DNA from: Oscillospiraceae bacterium
Lineage (GTDB): Bacteria; Bacillota; Clostridia; Oscillospirales; CAG-272
Assembly: GCA_015063645.1 (NCBI GenBank)
Contig: SVTS01000004.1
Location: 1,155 to 65,154, forward strand
Direction: 5' to 3'
Length of the DNA stretch: 64,000 nt
Shown: piece by piece, positions 19,496-27,664 of the stretch
Layout of the letters: every line of letters begins with the position of its first letter
How positions within the stretch are numbered: the first letter of the stretch is position 1
The notes under the pieces: generated by a model
Seen by the model: only the letters and a program-made list of their open reading frames with translations
Database searches by the model: none
What the model was told of the DNA's origin: nothing
Translations under genes and position numbers: made by a program

Positions 19496-19578
19496 CCGGG
19501 GGGTGTCGGGGGCTCTGCCCCCGACCACAACTAACTTAACCGGGGGGCAAGGGGGACGGAGTCTCCCTTGACTGACGA
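19496..19578. repeat. full-length palindromic repeat element, family A
   Basis: CCGGGGGGTGTCGGGGGCTCTGCCCCCGACCACAACTAACTTAACCGGGGGGCAAGGGGGACGGAGTCTCCCTTGACTGACG. Confidence 0.7.
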
Positions 19579-19635
19579 ACGGTTATCGAACCCACCGCGG
19601 CTGTCGCCGCATAAAAAACAAAGGAGTCTCCCACC

Positions 19636-20538
19636 ATGCCTATGAAAATCTCCACCACCACCGGCCGTCTGGCAAAAGCCCACGGCGAAGCGGAAGCCAT
19701 CCGCATGATTGCAAACGCAGGTTTTGACTGCTATGATTATTCCAATTTCTCCATCGTCGGATGGGAGGAAAATCCCGTATTCGGCGCGGATTGGGAAGCC
19801 TACGCCGATTCTCTGAATGCCGCCGCGAAGGAAGCCGGCATCAGCTGCAACCAGTCCCACGCGCCTTTCCCCTCCCGTAAAATGGACGGAAAGCCCGAGG
19901 ATGAAGCCTACAACGAAATCATATTCGACAAGCTGGAGCGGTCGATCCGCTTCGCGGGCAGACTGGGGGCCAAATCCATCGTGGTACATCCCATCAAAGC
20001 GTTCCCCCATTTCGGCAAAGAAGCGTACTGGAAAGATCTGAACATGGATTTCTACCGCTCCCTTGCGCCCATTGCCAAAGAAGCCGGCATCAGAATCGCG
20101 CTGGAGAACATGTTCGTCACCGATCCGAATCGAAAGATTTACACCGAATCCACCTGCGGGGATCCGAGAGAATTCGCCGACTGGCTCGACACCCTCGCGG
20201 ATGACTGCTTCACCGGCTGTCTCGATCTGGGGCACTGCCAGCTGGGCGGTTATGACACCGCATACGCCATCCGTACGCTGGGTGCGGACCGGCTGGGTGC
20301 ACTCCATGTGCATGACAACGATTACAAGGTCGATCAGCATATGCCGCCGTTCTGCTTCAACACGGAAGCATACTGGGTCACCGTCACGGAGGCACTGGCG
20401 GAGATCGGCTACCGGGGCGATATGACGCTGGAATCCGACCGGATGCTCGTCAGGCTGCCTGTCAAGCTGTATCCCACCGGTCTGCGCTTCATGCATGACG
20501 TTGCCCGGTATCTGGCGGATCAGGCGGAGGCAAAATAA
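19636..20538 (+). CDS. sugar phosphate isomerase/epimerase (xylose isomerase-like TIM barrel), paralog 3
   Basis: 300 aa; same AGFDCYDYS, IVVHP, ALENMF, CLDLGHC, LHVHDND pattern but more diverged. Confidence 0.8.
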   Translation: MPMKISTTTGRLAKAHGEAEAIRMIANAGFDCYDYSNFSIVGWEENPVFGADWEAYADSLNAAAKEAGISCNQSHAPFPSRKMDGKPEDEAYNEIIFDKLERSIRFAGRLGAKSIVVHPIKAFPHFGKEAYWKDLNMDFYRSLAPIAKEAGIRIALENMFVTDPNRKIYTESTCGDPREFADWLDTLADDCFTGCLDLGHCQLGGYDTAYAIRTLGADRLGALHVHDNDYKVDQHMPPFCFNTEAYWVTVTEALAEIGYRGDMTLESDRMLVRLPVKLYPTGLRFMHDVARYLADQAEAK

Positions 20539-22007
20539 TGGCGGATTTTGTTACATACCGCGCATTCGGCGCGAAAGGCGACGGCAAAACCGACGATTTC
20601 GCGGCGATCTGCGCCGCCCATGACTATGCAAACGAGCATCATCTGCCCGTAAAAGCGGATGCAGGTGACACTTACTACATCGCCGCCCACGCGGCAAGTG
20701 CCAGAATCAGAACCGACACCGACTGGACTGGCGCAAAGTTCATCATCGACGATTCCAGGCGCTCCGTGGAAGACCGTACCCATCAGGTTTTCATCGTCGC
20801 ACGGGACACGGAAAAATCCGTCGATCTGATTGCCATGGGACTGACATCCCTGAAAGCGGGGCAGAAAAAACTGCCCGTCGCTCCGGGGCAGGATCTGTGG
20901 GTGAGCGTTACGGACAATCACACCGCCAACTTCATCCGCGAAGGGCTGAATCAGAACAACGGAACGGCGCAGAATGACTGCTTTCTGCTCCACGCCGACG
21001 GCACGGTGGATCCTGCATCGCCCATCATCTGGGATTTTGCCGAAATCACGGAGTGCAGTGCATTTCCCGTTGAGCAAACACCGCTGACTATCCGCGGCGG
21101 CACCTTCACCACCATCGCCAATCAGGCACCGTCCCGCTACACCTATTACACCACGGGCATCATGATCAACCGCTCGGGTGTGACCGTGGACGGTCTGACC
21201 CACTATGTGGAAGGAGAATTGGATCACGGCGCGCCCTATGACGGCATCATTCAGGTATACTGGTGTGCCAATGTAACGGTGAAAAACTGCCTGTTCACCG
21301 CCCATTATATCTACAAAACCATCGGAGCGGCAAACAAGCCGGTGTCCATGGGTACCTACGATATCCGCTGCCGCAGTGCCGTCAACGTGCGCTTTGAAAA
21401 CTGCGATCAGACCACGGACATCATGGATCGGCGGTACTGGGGGCTCTTCGTCTCCGATTTCTGCAAGAATCTGACCCTCTCCCACTGCCGTTTCTCCCGC
21501 TTTGATGCCCATATGGGCGTGACCAATGCCACCATCCGCCACTGCACCCTTGGCTGGCAGTGTCTGAACGCCATCGGTCACGGCACACTCACGGTAGAGG
21601 ATACCACCGCCTACGGCAGCAGCTTCGTAAACCTCCGCTCGGATTACGGCTCCACCTGGAACGGCGATATGATCATCCGCCGCTGCAGATGGCTACCTGC
21701 ACCGCGAGACAGCGGCAATGCCCTCATCGGCGGCTCCTACCACGGCGGACATAATTTCGGCTTCATCTGCCATATGCCCCGTACCGTCACCGTGGAAGAT
21801 CTGTATGTAGAAGACGAAAACTGTACTTCCATCGCCATCCTCGGCAATATCACCCCCGCCAACACAAGCGACAGCTTCCGCTATACATACCCCTACCATA
21901 TCACAGAAAAAGTCACCGTCAAAAATCTCCGTACCGCCAGCGGACGGGAATGGACACTGTCGCAGAACCCATATATGTACAGAAACACCATCCAGGAACG
22001 TAAATAA
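20538..22007 (+). CDS. right-handed beta-helix protein (pectate-lyase superfamily / GH28-related N-terminus)
   Basis: N-terminus YRAFGAKGDGKTDDFAAI typical of pectate_lyase_3-type beta-helix proteins; start overlaps previous stop (TAATG); no signal peptide. Confidence 0.7.
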   Translation: MADFVTYRAFGAKGDGKTDDFAAICAAHDYANEHHLPVKADAGDTYYIAAHAASARIRTDTDWTGAKFIIDDSRRSVEDRTHQVFIVARDTEKSVDLIAMGLTSLKAGQKKLPVAPGQDLWVSVTDNHTANFIREGLNQNNGTAQNDCFLLHADGTVDPASPIIWDFAEITECSAFPVEQTPLTIRGGTFTTIANQAPSRYTYYTTGIMINRSGVTVDGLTHYVEGELDHGAPYDGIIQVYWCANVTVKNCLFTAHYIYKTIGAANKPVSMGTYDIRCRSAVNVRFENCDQTTDIMDRRYWGLFVSDFCKNLTLSHCRFSRFDAHMGVTNATIRHCTLGWQCLNAIGHGTLTVEDTTAYGSSFVNLRSDYGSTWNGDMIIRRCRWLPAPRDSGNALIGGSYHGGHNFGFICHMPRTVTVEDLYVEDENCTSIAILGNITPANTSDSFRYTYPYHITEKVTVKNLRTASGREWTLSQNPYMYRNTIQERK

Positions 22008-22061
22008 CCATATTCTTCCCTCTGCCCCTCTCATCACATAACCCTCAGAAAGGCACTTCTC

Positions 22062-22568
22062 ATGAAAATCTTTATCGCATCCGATATCCACGGCTCCGCA
22101 TACTGGTGCGGAAAAATGCTGGAAGCGTTCGCCGCCTCCGGCGCTGACCGGCTGGTCCTGCTGGGCGATATCCTCTATCACGGTCCCCGGAATGACCTGC
22201 CTGACGGCTACGCTCCGAAAACCGTCATCGAACAACTCTCTCCTCTGAAAGAGAAAATCATCGCCGTCCGCGGCAACTGCGAAGCGGATGTGGATCAGAT
22301 GGTTCTCCCTTTCCCCGTGCTGGCGGAATACGCCGTCATCTTCCTCGGAGGGCAGACTGTCTATATCACCCACGGTCATAAGGATCCGCCGCCGCTGCAA
22401 AACGGCGATATCCTCCTCTGCGGTCATACCCATATCCCCGCGGACGAAATGCGGGGCGGATACCGCTATCTGAATCCCGGCTCCGTTTCCATCCCGAAAA
22501 ACAGCAGCGGACATTCGTACATGATCATGGACGATGCAGGCAGAATAGAGTGGAAGGAGCTTCGCTGA
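22062..22568 (+). CDS. YfcE/MJ0936-family metallophosphoesterase
   Basis: SDIHGS, GDILYHGPRN, RGNCE, HGH, GHTH motifs. Confidence 0.85.
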   Translation: MKIFIASDIHGSAYWCGKMLEAFAASGADRLVLLGDILYHGPRNDLPDGYAPKTVIEQLSPLKEKIIAVRGNCEADVDQMVLPFPVLAEYAVIFLGGQTVYITHGHKDPPPLQNGDILLCGHTHIPADEMRGGYRYLNPGSVSIPKNSSGHSYMIMDDAGRIEWKELR

Positions 22569-22574
22569 TCCGCC

Positions 22575-23951
22575 ATGACTAATCCTGTGTCCCTGCCCCG
22601 CACGTACACCGTTACTCCTGCGGACAAACGGCAGTTCTGGTATATCATGCTTCCCGCATTTATTGAAGGCATCATCATGCAGCTATTCGGCATGATTGAT
22701 ACCCTGATGCTGGGCAACACCGCCGATTCCGCCGTCAATATCGCATCCGTCTCCCTCGCCAACACGCCGCACATGTTCATGAGCGGCATTCTTTCCGCAT
22801 TCTCCATCGGCGCCACAACCGCCATCGCATTCTATACCGGTCAGGGCAGACAGGATAAAATCGCCGCCACGACCCGGCAGACCATACTGACGGTGCTTCT
22901 GGTGAGCCTGCTTATTGCAGTCCCCGCATTTATCTTCGCGCCGCAGATCGTGGCATTCGCCGGTGCGGAGGGAGAGCTGCAGCCGGGCGCGACGCTGTAT
23001 TTCCGTATCATCATCGCCGCCTATCCCATTGAAATACTCACTGTTGCCGCCACCGCATGCATGCGCGGCATCGGCGTTACAAAAATCGCCATGATATACA
23101 ACATCACTGCAGGCGCGTTCAACGTGCTGGGCAATTATGTACTGATCTACGGCAAATTCGGCTTCCCGGAGATGGGCGTCGCCGGTGCGGCGCTCTCCAC
23201 ATCCCTCTCCAAATGCATCTCTTTCGCCATCGCCGCCTGGTACATGCTGACGCAGGACAGCCCGGTGCGCATCCGTCTCACGGAAAGCTTCCGCTTTACC
23301 CGGGACGGAATCGGACGGGTGGCAAATGTGGGCATCACCACGGCACTGGAACAGGTGCTGCTGCAGGGCGGCAACGTGATCGCCTGCAAGATCGTGGCGG
23401 TCATGGACACCGCATCCATCGCGGCATTCAACATCTGCTCCTCCATCAACGGACTTTCATGGCGTCCGGGCAGTGCGTGTCAGGTGGCATCCACCACCTT
23501 CACGGGGGTCGATCTGGGCGAGGGACGTCCCGAAAAGGCGCGGGCGCGTTCCCTGATGGTCTTCCGCTACGGCATGATCTTCTGTGCGGTTCTGTCCGTA
23601 TTCCTGCTTCTGTTCCGTTATCCGGTGGCGGGACTCTTCACCCCCGAAGAAGAAATCCGCCGCCTGGCGGGACATGCGCTGTTCTTTGATGCTGTCAGCA
23701 TTGCCGGCATCACGGCGCACGTCATATTCTCCGGCTCGCTGAGAGCATCCGGCGATCAGAAATACTCCCTGATCGCGTCCATGATCAGCATCTGGACGGC
23801 GCGGGTCGTTATTGCAGGAATTCTTGCGATGACGGGGATGCTTACAGTGGATACCGCACGGCTGTGCGTCGCCATTGATCAGACGATCCGCGGCAGCATT
23901 ATGAGTGCGCGTTTCTTCAAAAGCGACAGGCTGAAAGCACGCTCAGAATAA
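22575..23951 (+). CDS. MATE family efflux transporter
   Basis: 458 aa, about 12 TM segments, N-terminal ..MLPAFIEGIIMQLFGMIDTLMLG.. MatE pattern. Confidence 0.85.
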   Translation: MTNPVSLPRTYTVTPADKRQFWYIMLPAFIEGIIMQLFGMIDTLMLGNTADSAVNIASVSLANTPHMFMSGILSAFSIGATTAIAFYTGQGRQDKIAATTRQTILTVLLVSLLIAVPAFIFAPQIVAFAGAEGELQPGATLYFRIIIAAYPIEILTVAATACMRGIGVTKIAMIYNITAGAFNVLGNYVLIYGKFGFPEMGVAGAALSTSLSKCISFAIAAWYMLTQDSPVRIRLTESFRFTRDGIGRVANVGITTALEQVLLQGGNVIACKIVAVMDTASIAAFNICSSINGLSWRPGSACQVASTTFTGVDLGEGRPEKARARSLMVFRYGMIFCAVLSVFLLLFRYPVAGLFTPEEEIRRLAGHALFFDAVSIAGITAHVIFSGSLRASGDQKYSLIASMISIWTARVVIAGILAMTGMLTVDTARLCVAIDQTIRGSIMSARFFKSDRLKARSE

Positions 23952-24006
23952 AATCCCCTCCGCCCGACCCCGGGCGGAATTTCTCATACGGTCACGGAGG
24001 AAAAAC

Positions 24007-25044
24007 ATGTCTGAAATTTTTCTTGCGATGAGCGGCGGCGTAGACAGCAGCACGGCGGCTCATCTTCTGCAGCAGGCGGGATACGCAGTCCGCGGCGTTA
24101 CAATGCAGATGTTTCCCGGCGGGGATGCCCCTGTCCGCGGCGCGGCGGAAGTCTGCCGCGTTCTCGGCATTCCCCATACGGCGATAGACGTATCCGACGC
24201 ATTCGCTGCGGCGGTGATGGAAGATTTCCGCCGGGAATACGCCGCCGGGCGGACGCCGAATCCCTGCGTGGTCTGCAACAGAGAGATCAAATTCCCCCTG
24301 CTTCTCCGCTGTGCGGATGAAATTGCTCCGGGAGCACGGATCGCCACCGGACACTACGCCCGGATCGTGCGCTGCGGCGACCGGCTGGCAATCGCCAAAG
24401 CGGCTGATCCGGCGAAGGATCAGAGCTACATGCTCTGGCAATTGTCCCAGCAGACGCTTGCACGGTTGGTTTTCCCGCTGGGCGATTACCGCAAGGAAGA
24501 GATCCGCGCCATCGCGGCGCAGGCGGGACTGCCCGGCGCCTCCGCCGGGGATTCCCAGGACATCTGCTTTATTCCGGACGGAGATTACACGGCATTTCTT
24601 GTGCGCTGCGGCGTACCGCTTCCCGCCGGGGAATTCACGGATGAAAGCGGAAAGATTCTGGGACAGGCGAAAAATCAGGCATGCTACACCGTCGGGCAGA
24701 AGCGCGGGCTGGGCATTGCGCTGGGACGACCCATGTATGTGAAATCCCGGGATGCGGCGGCGAATCGGGTTGTGATCACACCTGACGATCCCCACGGCAG
24801 AGTGGTGACGGCGGACAATGTCCGCTACATGGCGGCGGCACCGGGGGAATTGGATACGCCCCGGCGGCTGTCGGTGAAATTCCGCTATGCACGAAATGAG
24901 TATCCCTGCACGGTCCGTGCGGAGGGAGATCAGCTGCTGATTGAGCCGGACGAACCGGTACGCGCACCGGCGCCGGGACAGTCCGCGGTGCTGTACGACG
25001 GGGATATGATTGTCGCCGGCGGGCTGATTGCGGAATGGGAATGA
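24007..25044 (+). CDS. mnmA: tRNA 2-thiouridine(34) synthase MnmA
   Basis: PP-loop AMSGGVDSS, NPCVVCN, SQQTLA motifs; RBS GGAGGAA. Confidence 0.92.
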   Translation: MSEIFLAMSGGVDSSTAAHLLQQAGYAVRGVTMQMFPGGDAPVRGAAEVCRVLGIPHTAIDVSDAFAAAVMEDFRREYAAGRTPNPCVVCNREIKFPLLLRCADEIAPGARIATGHYARIVRCGDRLAIAKAADPAKDQSYMLWQLSQQTLARLVFPLGDYRKEEIRAIAAQAGLPGASAGDSQDICFIPDGDYTAFLVRCGVPLPAGEFTDESGKILGQAKNQACYTVGQKRGLGIALGRPMYVKSRDAAANRVVITPDDPHGRVVTADNVRYMAAAPGELDTPRRLSVKFRYARNEYPCTVRAEGDQLLIEPDEPVRAPAPGQSAVLYDGDMIVAGGLIAEWE

Positions 25045-25051
25045 GAGAGAC

Positions 25052-25104
25052 GCGGGGGAAACTTTTTTGAAAAAATTTTCCCCGGACCCCTTTCAAAAAA
25101 CTTT
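25052..25104. repeat. palindromic repeat family B (inverted orientation)
   Basis: CGGGGGAAACTTTTTTGAAAAAATTTTCCCCGGACCCCTTTCAAAAAACTTT is approximately the reverse complement of 48593..48647. Confidence 0.7.
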
Positions 25105-25110
25105 ATACAT

Positions 25111-25147
25111 AAAAAACGGGAAGATTCCGAATGGAATCTTCCCGTTT
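25111..25147. terminator. bidirectional terminator between mnmA and SBP gene
   Basis: AAAAAACGGGAAGATTCC-gaat-GGAATCTTCCCGTTT. Confidence 0.8.
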
Positions 25148-25156
25148 ATGTTTGGA

Positions 25157-26650
25157 TTACTTTTTGCCGAAGCCTTCGTTGAGGGTATCCATCTTCTGAT
25201 TTACCTTGGGTGCGATGGAGGCGAGTGCGGAGGTCAGGTCATAGTTCTTCTCCACGAGCATGAAGCGGAGCTTACCGTCGCGGATCTCGGAGCAGAAAAT
25301 CGTGTCGCCGAAGTCAAATACGCGGTTGTTATAGATAATATCCAGCATGTCGGCGGATTCGCTGTCGCGGGTATCGCGTCCCTCCAGGGACAGATCAAAA
25401 TACACGGGACGGACGGAACGGTAATACTCAGAGGAAAGTGCTTCCAGTACTGCGCCGGTCATCGCCTGACGGTTGTTCACCTGAGGAATCACAAACAACT
25501 CAGGATACTCACTGCGCGCACGGTAGTTTTCCTGATCCTCATTCAGCTTAGGATAGGGCAGGATGCCGAAGTCAACTTCCATCTCACGGTAGCTGCTTAC
25601 ATTGCCGCCGGTGGAGTCACAATACATACCCAGTCCTGTTTTGAACATATCATACTCTGCCTGCTCCTGCGCATCGGTGGTAGATGCAACGGTAGGATGC
25701 CAGTTGTTGTTGTCCCACATCATATCCATGATGGCGGTAAACATGTTGTAGAAGTTCTCATTTCCTTCCATATTATTGTACAGGAAGTTATTTTCATCCT
25801 TCTTCAGCATATACTGATCCATACCGAGCAGGAAAGAGGGCATAATCTGCTTGGAAGGTGTAACATATGCATAACGGTCAACTTCCGTCATCTTGGAGTC
25901 GCCGTTCAGATCTGCGCTGACGTCCGTGATCGTGGATTTGAACAGATCCAGCGTCCATTTTCCATCCCGGACCACTTCGTAAACGGATTTACCGCCCAAA
26001 CGCTTCTCCTCAACACCCAGATCATCATACAGCTTCTTATTGAAGAGGAGCATATGGATGGAATCGTATGTAGTCAGGTTATAGGCGCCGAGGGCAAAAT
26101 ATTTTTCCTTGCCCAGGGTAACTTCGTTTGAGAATTCCTCATCCCACCAGAGTGCGCTCAGATCCACGTTGGGAATATCGGTAAGCTTCTGTGCCAGACC
26201 TTCGGCAGCGTAGTTGAACATATTCACGTGACGTCCGTTGAAAATATCGTAGGTAGCGTCGCCGCTGAGAAGCAGATTCCGGGGCGCATCGTTATCGGTA
26301 TAGTCCACCAGACCGTAATAATCCTCTTTGAAGGATACTTTCAGTCGTTCCTCTACTTTGATTTTCGCGTCAAAGCGGGCATCGTTCAGCGTCTCGCCGT
26401 TGGCTTCCGCGATGAACATCTCGCCGTGATAAAAATATTTCAGTCGGGTATATGCACGGAAGGTCGCGCCCTTGTAGTCCAGATCGGCGGGAAGTTTATC
26501 ATTCGGGATTGCCGGCTCGGTGGTTTCGGTGACAACGGCAGTGGTATCTGCCGCAGCTGTTGTATCCTCTGCAGGAGGAGTCGGATCGGATGCGCAGGCG
26601 GGCAGCGCCAGCATCAGCAGCGCAAGAAGCAGGGATAATGTCTTCTTCAT
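25157..26650 (-). CDS. extracellular solute-binding lipoprotein, large SBP family (divergent paralog)
   Basis: Start at MKKTLSLLLALLMLALPACASD (lipobox LPAC), RBS AGGAAAGGAA; overall SBP architecture as for the other six. Confidence 0.85.
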   Translation of the reverse strand: MKKTLSLLLALLMLALPACASDPTPPAEDTTAAADTTAVVTETTEPAIPNDKLPADLDYKGATFRAYTRLKYFYHGEMFIAEANGETLNDARFDAKIKVEERLKVSFKEDYYGLVDYTDNDAPRNLLLSGDATYDIFNGRHVNMFNYAAEGLAQKLTDIPNVDLSALWWDEEFSNEVTLGKEKYFALGAYNLTTYDSIHMLLFNKKLYDDLGVEEKRLGGKSVYEVVRDGKWTLDLFKSTITDVSADLNGDSKMTEVDRYAYVTPSKQIMPSFLLGMDQYMLKKDENNFLYNNMEGNENFYNMFTAIMDMMWDNNNWHPTVASTTDAQEQAEYDMFKTGLGMYCDSTGGNVSSYREMEVDFGILPYPKLNEDQENYRARSEYPELFVIPQVNNRQAMTGAVLEALSSEYYRSVRPVYFDLSLEGRDTRDSESADMLDIIYNNRVFDFGDTIFCSEIRDGKLRFMLVEKNYDLTSALASIAPKVNQKMDTLNEGFGKK

Positions 26651-26782
26651 AATCGTGTTCCTTTCCTGATACAAAGATTTAAGTATCCGAGGATATTATA
26701 ACAGAAAAGGCAAGAAAACAGTGTACATTCTGTCTGAAATATGATATAATAAATATAGAAACTGTATAATCCGGAGGATAAA

Positions 26783-27637
26783 ATGACAGGTATTCCTTTT
26801 TGGGACATTGAGGTAAATGAGTATACGGCAGGCTATACGGTCTCCGAGGGCTTCTCCATGGACGGAGAGCACGCTCATCATCATATGGAGTTTCTTTTCA
26901 ACTTCTCTCCGATCCCTACCCGGTACACGCTCAACGGAAACATATACGAAGTGGATACGCCGAGCATTTCCTACCGTGCGCCGTATATTCTGCATTCCGG
27001 CTCCACCGTGCACGCCTGTAATCCGGGCGGCTACCGACGGTTTGCCCTGAACGTCCATCCCTGCATTCTGGCGGAATACGGCGGCATCTGCGATATGGGA
27101 CGTCTTCGTGACCGGACCGAATGCCTGCTCCCTCTGCGTGTGGAGCAGATACAGAAATTCGAGCCGATTCTGGATCGGCTGCAGACAAAGGGAGTAAAAC
27201 CGCTTCCCCGGCATGCGTGGATCGGACTGTTTTCCGCCCTGCTGACGGAAATCGACCGACTCATCCCGGAGGAGGAGAGCACCGGCAAACACGGTCAGGA
27301 GATTCACCCCTACATTCAGGAGCTCCTGCGCTTTGTCGTGGACAATCCCGGAGAAAATCTGAGCACGCAGGCGCTGGCGGAAAAATTCTTCGTCAGCCGT
27401 GCCAAGCTATGCGCGGACTTCCGCGCCGCCACGCGGATTTCTCTGCACGAATATGTCACCGCCATCCGCATCGCCCATGCCAAGCTGTGGCTTGCAGAGG
27501 ACATGCCGCTGTCGCTGATTGCGGAGAGATGCGGATTCTCACAGGAATCCTCGTTCATCTACATGTTCCGCCGCCGCACCGGCATGACGCCGGGTGAATG
27601 GCGGGAGAGGAAAAAAATACCGGAAACTTCAGACTGA
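26783..27637 (+). CDS. AraC family transcriptional regulator
   Basis: C-terminal double HTH (..IAERCGFSQESSFIYMFRRRTGMTPGEWR); N-terminal IPFW..EV sensor domain paralogous to 44615..45457; divergent from SBP gene. Confidence 0.85.
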   Translation: MTGIPFWDIEVNEYTAGYTVSEGFSMDGEHAHHHMEFLFNFSPIPTRYTLNGNIYEVDTPSISYRAPYILHSGSTVHACNPGGYRRFALNVHPCILAEYGGICDMGRLRDRTECLLPLRVEQIQKFEPILDRLQTKGVKPLPRHAWIGLFSALLTEIDRLIPEEESTGKHGQEIHPYIQELLRFVVDNPGENLSTQALAEKFFVSRAKLCADFRAATRISLHEYVTAIRIAHAKLWLAEDMPLSLIAERCGFSQESSFIYMFRRRTGMTPGEWRERKKIPETSD

Positions 27638-27652
27638 AGTTTCCGGTATTTT
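27611..27652. terminator. bidirectional terminator overlapping the AraC stop codon
   Basis: ATACCGGAAACTTCAG-a-CTGAAGTTTCCGGTAT with A-run and T-run flanks. Confidence 0.8.
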
Positions 27653-27664
27653 GCTTTATAGGCT

